In this document: positions 53,601-64,000 of the stretch, in pieces
Position numbering within the stretch: the stretch's first letter is position 1
How the letters are laid out: each line of letters opens with the position of its first letter
Assembly: GCF_018350175.1 (NCBI RefSeq)
Contig: NC_058383.1
Location: 18,602,001-18,666,000 of the forward strand
Direction: 5' to 3'
Origin: Felis catus
Taxonomy: Eukaryota
DNA: 64,000 nucleotides
Translations under genes and position numbers: made by a program
The notes under the pieces: generated by a model
Told to the model about the DNA's origin: nothing
What the model saw: only the letters and a program-made list of their open reading frames with translations
Databases searched by the model: none

Positions 53601-56339
53601 TCCTGTGGACCGTTCTTGGGTTTTTGGGGAGAAGACTCCCAGAACCCTAGGGCTGGGAAGGGTGGGGTTAGTAGAGTCCGGTTTGGGAACAGGCTTCCCC
53701 TTGGATTAGAGCGCTGAGCGACCTGGGACAGAGAGAACAGAATAGATTCGGGGCCCAGCTCTGCCCCTGGGGAGCTGTGTGTCCCTGGAGCAAGCCAGCC
53801 CTTCGCTCTGGGCCTTGGCGGTCCAGTCCCGCTCCTAATATGCCGATTCACAAATGACCACTCGTGTTCTGCTCCTGAGAGACTCTGGAACGTGTGTCAG
53901 CTGGCAGAGCGGGTCGGCCAGTTGGCCTCCTCATCTTCTTCCTGCCGTTTCTCTTGTTTCTGTAAGGATGAAGATGAGGACTCGGAAGATTCAGAGGATG
54001 ATGAAGATTGGGACACGGGTTCCACATCCTCTGATTCAGACTCAGAAGAGGAAGAAGGAAAACAGACCGTGCTGGCCTCAAGATTCCTTAAGAAGTAAGA
54101 AAAGTAGTGGTGCTTCAGGCGACAGTGGGGAGGGTGGGAAAGCCTGGCGTCATCTTGAAGGCTGTTGCTTTCTCCACGGAATCCTTGCAGGTTGTTCAGG
54201 CCAGCGGGGGGACCTCGGGGTCAAGTATGTTGGGTGGCTAAGGGCACAAAGCTAATGTGTCTCACGAGATTGAGGATGGGATTTGAAAGCCCCGGAGGCA
54301 AATATTTAACCGGGACATGACTCCCCGCGTGTGGACTGAGTGTGAATCTCTTTCTGGCCCCAACCAGCCATGCCTGTGATACTGGACAAGCTCCTTAACC
54401 TTTCCAGGTTCTCTCATCTAAAATGAGGGTTACTTGACCCTGCCTCCAAGGGTAGCTAAGAACGATGACATAGGGAAGTGGCTGAGCCTGGGGCCAGCAC
54501 ACGGCACTGCCACTCTGACCCCTCTCCCTGAGAACGTCGTAGTGTGTAAAACAGAGACCGCAGCAAGTCTTCCTGAAATTGGCCGGGACCGTCTTGGAAT
54601 GGGGAAGGAGTCTGGTTTGGATTCTGGTTCCAGCCCTTAGTCCTGTGGTAGCTGTCAACTTTGCTACGTCACTGAACCTCCATAGGCTTCTGTTTATTCC
54701 TCTGAGGTCAAGGTGAAGAGCTGCCCCTGTGCACCTGGCAGGGGTCCAGTGTGGAGCTCACTGGTAACAGTGTTGCTTTCCTATAGGAACTGTTGCTGTT
54801 CTTGGGATTTGCTCTGCTTTCAGAAGTTAGGGTTGTGTTGCTTTAGGAGGTAGTGAGTTCCCTGACACTATAGAGAACCAGGCACAGACTAGTCTGGGAA
54901 GCATTTTTTATTCTGTGCTCCCCTTGACTGGTCAAGTCCAGTGAGCATGCGTATCTGATACGCGTTTACGCACAACGCTTCTGACACCATACGTGTGGGG
55001 TTTTTTTTTCTTCACACCTTCCACTTTCTCCAGCTGTCCGGACACCAGCGTGGTGTTCAGCGTGCAGTTCGGTTCTGAAACTACCCAGAGTTAACTGCAG
55101 ATCCCACAAGACTGCCCCCATCTCGGACACCAGTGGCAAGTCCAAGTTTGGCTCCTGGACTTCTGACCAACCAGCTGTAAATTCAGAGTTTCCACAACCC
55201 CCTCCTCAGTTGAGAATTTGCTAGAACAGCCCAAAGAACTTGGGAAAGCACTTTACCTGCTATTGCCCATGTATTTTAGAGGGGACAGCTCAGGAACAGC
55301 CGGTTGGAAGAGATGCGTAGGGCAGAGTATGGGAGAGCAGGCACAGAGCTCCCGTTCCCTCTGGGTGCCCCTCGTTCCTGGTACCTTGATACATTCACCA
55401 ACCAGGGAGCTTTCTAGACTTCATCATTTAGGGATTTTGGTGGAGGTTTCATTACCTTAGCATGATGGATTAAGTCATTGATGTCGGTCTCTCCAGCCCT
55501 TCTTCCCATCTTCGCGGTCGTGGTGGGGCTGAACATTCCCAAACCCCAATCATGCCGTCATCTTTCTGGCAACCAGCCCCCTCCCTTTCCCTGGGCAACC
55601 ACTGATTTGCTTTCTGTCCCTAGAAAAGTTCGCGTTTTCTAGACTTTTACATAAGTGGAATCACAGTATGTTACTTGATTGGGAGGGATTTGGCTTCTTT
55701 CACTCAGAATAATTATTTTGAGATTAAATTCATTCTTTTACTTCTCACTTTTTTCCGACTTTTTAATCCGTTTCTAGATTGTCTTTTTTCTTCTCAGTTT
55801 GTTTCTCTGCTGGCTTGGGAGTTACATCCTATCCTTTTGGAGATTACCCTTGATGCATATTTTTTTAAACATGAAATTTTATTTTGTATACCTAGCCCAA
55901 AAAACACCTAAAATTAGATTTAGTTAAAATTCCAGTTGACAGGGGTGCCTGGGTGGCGCAGTCGGTTAAGCGTCCGACTTCAGCCAGGTCACGATCTCGC
56001 GGTCCGTGAGTTCGAGCCCCGCATCAGGCTCTGGGCTGATGGCTCGGAGCCTGGAGCCTGTTTCCGATTCTGTGTCTCCCTCTCTCTCTGCCCCTCCCCC
56101 ATTCGTGCTCTGTCTCTCTCTGTCCCAAAAGTAAATAAACGTTGAAAAAAAAAATTTTTTTTTTAAAAAAAAGAAAAATTCCAGTTGACAGAGGTCGGGT
56201 TAACTATAGGATCCTCAGAGGTCTTTGACATTGAGTTTGACTTCATAATGTCAAAGAATAATCCAGAGACGCTGTTTTACTTGCATCACAAGATCAATTA
56301 AAAACAGTTTTTTTTCCATTTTTAATGTTTATTTTTGTT

Positions 56340-56388
<49 letters not shown>

Positions 56389-57905
56389 ACGAGCATAGGA
56401 GGGGCAGAGAGAGAGGGAGACACAGAATCCGAAACAGGCTCCAGACTCTGAGCTGTCAGCACAGAGCCCGATGCAGGGCTCGAACCCACAAACTGAGATC
56501 GTGACCTAAGCCAAAGTCGGACACTCAACCGAGCCACCCAGGCACCCCACACAAGACCAGTTTTTAAGATTGACTTCCAACCAAGAAAAAGAAAAAGATC
56601 TAAATAAGAAAAAGGAACAAGGAGAAAGACAAAAACCACAGATGATATGGAACAGTGAATTCTGATTGCATGTATTTTCTCATTAACTAAGCCAACCAGC
56701 ATTAGTGTTAGTTCTTAATGGGTTTTCTAGAAGCATGATAGTTTTTCCATAATGTTTGCAGGATCCTTTTTCACCATCTCCATAGTAAGCCAGTCTATAT
56801 ACCCTTTTTCTCAGAATCTCTCAGCTTTGTTTTTTTTTTCAATGTCTTAAATTTATTTATTTTGAGAGAAAGAGCATGAGTGCGTGAGAGAGGGGGAGGG
56901 ACAGAGAGAAAGGGAGAGCAGGCTTCATGCTCAGTGCTCCAGCTCACTCGGGGCTCTGTGTCACAACTGAGAGATGCTCACCTGAGCCGAAATCAGGAGT
57001 TGGATGCTTAACCGACTGAGCCACCCAGTTACCCGTCAGCTTTCGTTTCTCTGATTAAAACAAGCATATAAAGGAATGGATTTAATCTCAAGAGTTTGTC
57101 TCTTTTTCATAAGACGTTGTCTCTTAATGTCTAGCGACATTAAGGCACCTGGATATTAGGTAGTGGCTTTGGGCAGAAAATATGAGGACAATCAAAGATA
57201 TTAAAAGAAACACAAGAGTCTATGTTTTATAAAGAAGCAGCTCTGAATTTTTTTTTTAAGTTTGAGAGAGCGGGGGTTGGGGGGGGGTGCGGAGAGAGAA
57301 TTCAAGCAGACTGCACTTTCAGCACCAAGCCTGACATGGGGCTCAAACCCATGAATCATGAGATCGTGACCTGAGCCAAAATGACGCTTAATGGACTGAG
57401 CTACCCAGGCACCCCAGTTTAGTGAACTTTTTCTTTTTAATATTTATTTTAAGAGAGCATGTACACTCTTGCATGTGTGAGTGGGGCAGGGGGAGAGAGA
57501 GAATCCCAAGCAGACTCCACACTTAGTGTGGAGCCCATGCGGGGCTTGATCTTAACGACCACAAGGTCATGACCTGAGCTGATACCAAGAGTCAGATGTT
57601 TAACCAACTGAGCCATCCAGGTGTCCCCCAGTATAGTGAACTTTTAAAATCAAATACCTTTTTTCTTTTTTCCTCATGTGGCTTCTTTTCTTTTTCTATT
57701 ATTTATTTTCTGAGAGCACGTGAGACGGGGAAGGGGTGGGGAGAGAGAGAGAAAGAATGCATCCCAAGCAGGCTCCATGCTTAGCATGGGGCTGGATGCA
57801 GGACTTGATCGCTCAATCCTGGGATCATGACCTGAGCTAAAATCAAGAGTTGGACGCTGAACCGACTGAATCACCCAGGCACCCCACAAGTGGCTTTTTC
57901 CTTTT

Positions 57906-57964
<59 letters not shown>

Positions 57965-60900
57965 CTTTCTTTCCTTCCTTCCTTCCTTCCTTCCTTCCTT
58001 CCTTCCTTCCTTCCTTCCTTCCTTCATTATTTTTGAGAGACAGACCGAGCACGAGTGGGGGAGGGCCAGAGAGACAGAGAATCACAGACACAGACACAGA
58101 ATCCAAAGCAGGCTCCAGGCTCTGAGCTGTCAGCACAGAGCCTGATGTGGGTCTCAAACCCACAAACTGTGAGATCATGACCTGAGCTAAAGTTGGGCGC
58201 TCAACCAACTGAGCCAACCAGGTGCCCTTGCTTTTCTCTTAATTGATTTATTTTTCAGAGTATTTTTCCAGGTACAATAAGATGTCATTCATTGCACGTT
58301 TTTATTATAGTCTTGACTTTATTATGGTATTTATTTAGGGTTAATTAATTCTTAGCTAAGGAAATTAATAGGTTGGGGCTAAAATGTGTATTTAATTTGC
58401 TGTATGGACCACGTTAGAGGTAAATGACATTATACAGTAATGTTTCTGAATTTATAATTGGGGTAGGAATTCTTCAATACAGACTAATGAAATCTAATGT
58501 CTTAAATCCCTTCTGATAAATTGCCAAGTTAGACTTTTTTTTTTTTTCCATTCATTCCACAAATATTTATTGACTACCTGCCATGTTAGATGCATTGGTT
58601 CACAACAACCTTGGGAGTTCTGAGGGTGAAATCTGAAACCAGTCTCTGTACATGGAGGACAGGGAAAGACCAAGGAAAGAGGCAGATGATTCCAGGTTGG
58701 TATGTGGCAGGTTTAATAAGCAAAGGGACTCATATACAAGACTTCTCTCGGGAGGCTGCGAGACTACTGTTATCTCCGCACCCGCCCACCTGAATCATAA
58801 AAGTATAGATAGAGGTCTTAACGTGATAGTGTCACATATACAGTCCAGATGGTCTTAACACATCACTCACAAGGTTGCATTCTGGAAACGGCCCCCAAAG
58901 TGGGAATGGTGGGCAGGATGTATGTTGCAAGGACAGGGGAGGGTAAGGAGCCTCCTGTTGCCTGTGTCCAGCTCAAGGGTTAACTGGCAGTCTTATCCTT
59001 TTGATGACCTTCCAACAGTGAGCTATCAAGATTTTTTTGAAATTTAGATAATACTTAATTGTCAAAAGGTTAGCAGCGGAGAAAAAAGGCAAAAAAGATT
59101 AACATATCTTTTGTCTTGGGGCACCTGGGTGGCTCAGTTAAGTGTCCGACTTTGGCTCAGGTCATGATCTCGTGGTTTGTGAGTTCAAGCCCCGCATCAG
59201 GCTTTCTGCTCTCAGGACAGAGTCTGCTTCAGATCCTGTCTCTCTCTCTCAAAAATAATAAACATTAAAACAAACAAACACATCTTTAGTCTCTTGGCCG
59301 TGTGTTTAAGTAGAAGTGTATTTGGTGATGCTCTTTTGCAACAGTAGCTTGTTTCTGTTGGATGTATAACTGAGAGCATAAGCATTAGTTTTCTGGTAAT
59401 TTCTAACAACATGTGAATATACCAAAGTGTTATCTGTCATAGAGAGGTCAAGCCAGGTTTTAGTCTTTCAGTTAGAATTTCGTAGGGTGAGAAGGGGTGC
59501 CTGGTTGGCTCAATCGGAGTGTGCCACTCTTGACCTCAGGGTTGTGAGTTCGAGCCCCATGTTGGGTATAGAGATTTCTTAAAAATAAAATCTTAAAAAG
59601 GAAATTTTTTTTTTCATAGGGTAAGAGTTCGTTGTGTTTTTGAAGTATAAATCCCAACATCCTCAGGGTTAGGAGTAAAACTTTAGGCTGAGAAAGATGA
59701 AGGTCTTTGGAAGTTTAAGCTGCATTGGTTTTTAAATAGCATTAGGTTTTTTGATCTTCTCAGAGCTTTAGAGTTGATATGACCAAGAGATTTCAGTTTA
59801 ATGAACATACTTTGCATGTTTGCAAAGTATTTTACCTATAAAGTGAGCTTTTATCATTAGTATGGCAGTAGTATGGAGAGAAAACGAACAAGCTGTTGTT
59901 AAGAGTTCTGGCATACGTCCTTTGGCAGGGGGAAAAGTTTAATCCAGTTGGCAAGTGTATAAACTATTTCTAAAATATATTCAGACCTTTTAAACAATTC
60001 AAATGAAATTTATTTTTATTTTTTATTACTTTTTTTAATGTTTATTTTTGAGAGAGGGCAAGTGGGGGAGGGGCAGAGAGAGGGGGACAGAGGATCCCAA
60101 GCAGGCTCTGCACTGACACCAGCAAGCCTGATACAGAGATGAAACTCATGAACCTCGAGATCATGACCTGAGCCGAAGTTGGACACTCAATCGACTAAGC
60201 CACCCAGGTGCCCCAAAATTTATTTTTAGATGTCTAAATGGCAGTTGATGGGGTGCCTGGATGGCTCAGTTGGTTGAAAATCCGACTGTTAATTTCAGCG
60301 CAGGTCACGATCCTAGGGTTGTAGGATCAAGCCCCGTATTGGCCTGGAGCCTGCTTAAGATTCTCTCTCTCCTTCTGCTCCTCTCCCCTGCTTGTGTGCC
60401 CTCTCTGTCGATAATTTGACTGTCTTTTGAGACTGGAAAGATTTTTTTGTTAGTATCTATGTAAAGTTTGTGATAACTTTTCTCTGATTTGGGGTTTGTA
60501 TTTCATTAGATAAGTATTAAAGCCTGGAGATGGTTTCAGACCACTTTGGGGTAGCCACTGATCTTTTTCACTTTTGTGGGAGAATTTTCTTGTCTTACAC
60601 TATTGTTTTTTAAATTCAGAACTTAGGTTAATTGTCATAAGCAGGGAGCGGACAGTCTGGGAACAGCAGTTTTTTTACACTAAGTTCAAACTGATTAGTT
60701 GATGGCTGGTGAAAAGATCAGTCTGGATAGAGCAACTAGTATTAAAAGACAGCTACATAGCTTATCAATACAGGTTTTTCTGGAAAACCTGAGAGGTTAG
60801 CTATGGGACAACATGGCAGGCTGCTTTTGTGTCTCCCACGGCTGGGTGGACCCCTCTACCTCATTAGACCAGGCCACACTGTTTCCACCATAAGAGTTTC

Positions 60901-63900
60901 TTAGTGGGTGTGATATGGTGACAGACCTTGGTAAGTGGCCTGTCAAGTTCACAAGCTTGATAGTCCTTGCTTTGGTTATGGTTAACTCAAGCTCATTCTC
61001 ACAGATTGTAACTTGAACCCAGGGCTGGATGGAGGGAAAGGGGAAGTTCATGGGAAGAAGCAGCCTCAGAGGTGGACTGGGACTGATCTTTCACCTTCTC
61101 CCATGTCTCCTGGCAGGGCCCCTACCACCGAGGAGGACAAGAAGGCGGCCGAGAAGAAACGAGAGGACAAAGCCAAGAAGAAGCACGATAGGAAATCTAA
61201 GCGCCTGGATGAGGAGGAGGAGGACAATGACGGCGGAGAGTGGGAAAGGGTCCGGGGGGGTGTGCCCCTTGTTAAGGTGAGGACGGTAGTATCAAGATGA
61301 CTTGGGAAATGGTTTGGTAGAGCATACAGCTGTCTCCCCGCCCCACTCAGGGCTTGGGAGAAAAGTTAGGGCGAGAATGATGGGACATGTGTTGCCTAGG
61401 AGAAACCAAAAATGTTTGCCAAGGGAACTGAGATCACCCATGCTGTTGTCATCAAGAAACTGAACGAGATCCTACAGGCACGAGGCAAGAAGGGAACTGA
61501 TCGGTAAGATTCCCGGGCCTGGACTGGGAATGCTCTTCTTTAAGATACAGGTAGAGACTAGTGGGGAAATAGTGCTGTTTTGGGAAGATCTATATGTGGC
61601 TCTAGTTGAAGGAATGGTATACGTGGAACTTACCGGTCCATTTTCTGCTATTGACTCTCTCTTTGATCTTAAACCAGTCAATTAACCTTTTGGGATTGTT
61701 TGCTCATCTGTAAAACGGAAATGATGGTCTCTTTAGTTATTTGGTGCCTAAAGAGGATGGCGGATTGTTAGTGTTATTGCTGCTTCTGTTTGGAATTTAT
61801 AAAGGAGAAGCAAGGACGCGGGTGGTGAGGTTAGGGGGTTAGTGGGAATGACACTGCCTTGCTTGTTGGCAGAGGGCACATTGCGTGACAGGAGGAGGGT
61901 TTTGATTTGTCTCCGATGCCTCACCCACCTGTGCTCCCCTCCAGTGCAGCCCAGATTGAGCTGCTACAGCTGCTCGTTCAGATTGCATCTGAAAACAACC
62001 TGGGAGAGGGTGTCATAGTCAAGATCAAGTTCAATATCATCGCCTCTCTCTATGACTACAACCCAAACCTGGCCACGTACATGAAGGTGAGGGCAGTGAA
62101 GAACCATCACAGAGCTGAGCTGGTGGGTTGGGGGTGTGGGGTGCCTAATGTCTTAAAACCTGAGGGCTGTGGAAGCAGTCTTGGTAGTTGAAGGCCCCGT
62201 GGATTCCTGGTGAAGGAGCTCTTGGGAGGCCTCCTTTTCATCCACCTCCACACCTCTGACTGCCGTCTGATCTCTTGCAGCCTGAGATGTGGCAGAAGTG
62301 CCTAGACTGCATCAATGAGCTCATGGACATCCTGTTTGCAAACCCCAACATCTTTGTTGGAGAGAACATTCTGGAAGAGAGTGAGAACCTGCACAATGTT
62401 GACCAGGTAAAGAGAGAAATTGGAGGCTAATTGGAGGTGTATGTTTTTTCCTTGGGAAGGCTCAGTGGAGACAGGAGGGTTGAAGTCTGGCACTGAGATC
62501 TGGGCTAATTTATTTGCTCCTCCCCTACCTCCTTTTCAGCCACTGCGTGTCCGTGGCTGTATCCTAACCCTGGTGGAACGAATGGATGAAGAATTTACCA
62601 AAATAATGCAAAATACTGATCCTCACTCCCAAGGTGAGCCTGGGCAAGCGTGGGCATCAGTTAGAGGAAAGGTGTAGGGAATAAACAAAGGATTATATTA
62701 GCAGAGTGTCTGGGGAGCCAGCCCTTACTTAGCCCAGCATTCACATACACGACCTGGGAAGATGCTAGGCCCCACCCCCATCACTTCTGATTCAGTAGAT
62801 CTGGGGAAGGGGCTCCAAATTTTGCATTTCTTACATGTTCCCAAGTGATGCTGCTGTCTGGGGACTACACTTTGAAAATCCTTGGGGTCTTGCCTCAGTT
62901 CACTTTGCTTAGCTTGGATCCAGAGGCATTTGGGTTGGGGGAAATACAAGACACTTCCGTGAAATAGGAGTGTGCCCACATGTCCCCTGGGTCAGGCGTG
63001 TAGTGATGAACAAGTCAGCCGGAGGCCTTTCAGGCGCATGGAGCTTACGTTTTGGTGCTGGAGAAAGGAGAAAGCCAATTTAGTAAGTAAATAAATGAGA
63101 CAGTTCTAGATCATGGCTGGAGAAGGCGACAGAAAGCAGAGGCCATCGGCATGGGGAGAGGTTCATCGGAAGAGCACACCCGACGAGAAAGGAAAGCGAC
63201 TTCGGTGTGTCCAGGGAGGGGATGGTGTTTGCAGGGCACCGTGAGGAGACTTTGCTGATGGGCGCAGAAACCACATAGAGCTAACTGGGTTGGTCGGGGA
63301 CACACGATTAGGAAAGGCGGGTGCCTGGCTGAGATGAGGGACGCCCTCCTTTCCAGAGTACGTGGAGCACCTGAAGGATGAGGCGCAGGTGTGTGCCATC
63401 ATTGAGCGTGTGCAGCGCTACCTGGAGGAGAAGGGCACCACTGAGGAGATCTGTCGCATCTATCTGAGGCGCATCCTCCACACCTACTACAAGTTTGACT
63501 ACAAGGCCCATCAGCGGCAGCTTACCCCCCCTGAGGGCTCCTCGAAGGTGAGTCTTAGCAGCCAAGTCACAGCGGGCGGGAAGTGCCCGTCAGGACTTCC
63601 TGGCAGATCTGTTCCCTGGGAATTCTCTGGGGTGGAGCAGGGAGGGAGACTTGGAGGGACTAGACGGAGGCTGCACGGCGTCTCACCTTTGATCGCGGAG
63701 GCCTGAGCCATTGTCTCTACGGTACTTTTCTTTCAACAACATCCCACCCCTCCCCCCAGTCCGAGCAAGACCAGGCAGAAAACGAGGGCGAGGACTCCGC
63801 TGTGCTGATGGAGAGGCTGTGCAAGTACATCTACGCCAAGGACCGCACAGACCGTATCCGCACGTGCGCCATCCTCTGCCATATCTACCACCATGCCCTG

Positions 63901-63984
63901 CACTCCCGCTGGTACCAGGCCCGCGACCTCATGCTCATGAGCCACCTACAGGACAACATTCAGCATGCGGACCCGCCAGTACAG
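50609..63984 (+). CDS. EIF3C: Eukaryotic translation initiation factor 3 subunit C, 5' part (606 codons, continues past the window); join(50609..50709,52204..52269,52372..52561,52959..53084,53271..53325,53454..53563,53967..54094,61117..61276,61400..61503,61945..62086,62281..62406,62540..62633,63357..63547,63760..>63984)
   Basis: Translation [75 protein letters not shown]...[17 protein letters not shown] is eIF3c. All introns are GT-AG with consistent phase. Confidence 0.98.
51529..51735 (+). mobile_element. CAN-SINE in EIF3C intron 2
   Basis: TSD AAAGAAAAGCGCTAG (51513-51527, 51733-51747). Confidence 0.93.
54905..55590. mobile_element. Solo LTR, MER21-family-like, in EIF3C intron 8
   Basis: CTTCTGACACCA...GTTCTGAAACTACCCAGAGTTA...CCCACAAGACTGCCCC...ACAACCCCCTCCTCAG...TTTGCTAGAACAGC resembles MER21-type LTRs. 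Confidence 0.65.
55942..58228. mobile_element. CAN-SINE cluster in EIF3C intron 8
   Basis: Young + copy at 55942-56174 (TSD AAAATTCCAGTTGACAG). Minus copies at about 56320-56549, 56830-57035, 57248-57415, 57430-57629, 57690-57885 and 58026-58228. Confidence 0.9.
57896..58025. repeat. Compound (TTTC)n(TTCC)n microsatellite
   Basis: Tetranucleotide array grown from a SINE tail. Confidence 0.93.
58600..59018 (-). mobile_element. Possible solo LTR, family not identified
   Basis: About 420 bp with the antisense poly(A)-signal context GGCAGGTTTAATAAGCAAAG typical of LTRs, ending ...CCTTCCAACA. Confidence 0.45.
59117..60410. mobile_element. Four further CAN-SINEs in EIF3C intron 8
   Basis: About 59117-59280(+), 59494-59598(+, short), 60030-60214(-) and 60250-60410(+). 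Confidence 0.85.
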
Positions 63985-64000
63985 GTAGGATGGGAAAGAG

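Noticed and set aside
63004..63070. Possible intronic C/D snoRNA in EIF3C (GTGATGA box C)
   Set aside because: No suitably placed CTGA box D or terminal stem seen. An Infernal/Rfam scan would settle it.

Overview
This is mammalian genomic DNA from a felid: the SINEs are cat-type CAN-SINEs (SINEC_Fc-like), so most likely domestic cat or a close relative. It is the region orthologous to the human 16p11.2 IL27-APOBR-CLN3-EIF3C block. I reconstructed four spliced genes exon by exon, each with GT-AG junctions and consistent reading phase: IL27 (+, 5 coding exons, 236 aa), APOBR (-, 4 exons, about 1324 aa, with a large coding minisatellite), CLN3 (+, 15 coding exons, 438 aa) and EIF3C (+, first 14 coding exons, 606 codons, cut by the window end). 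The rest is mostly CAN-SINEs, L1 fragments, MIR/L2, DNA-transposon relics and solo LTRs. Repeat family names come from remembered consensus sequences and should be confirmed with RepeatMasker/Dfam. I see no new gene system. The best leads are: (i) an expanded ~32-unit coding VNTR in APOBR; (ii) IL27 AU-rich elements that double as the first canonical poly(A) signals for the convergent APOBR gene; (iii) a human/mouse-hybrid set of secretion determinants in IL-27 p28; (iv) a possible competing base-pairing switch over an EIF3C branch point.
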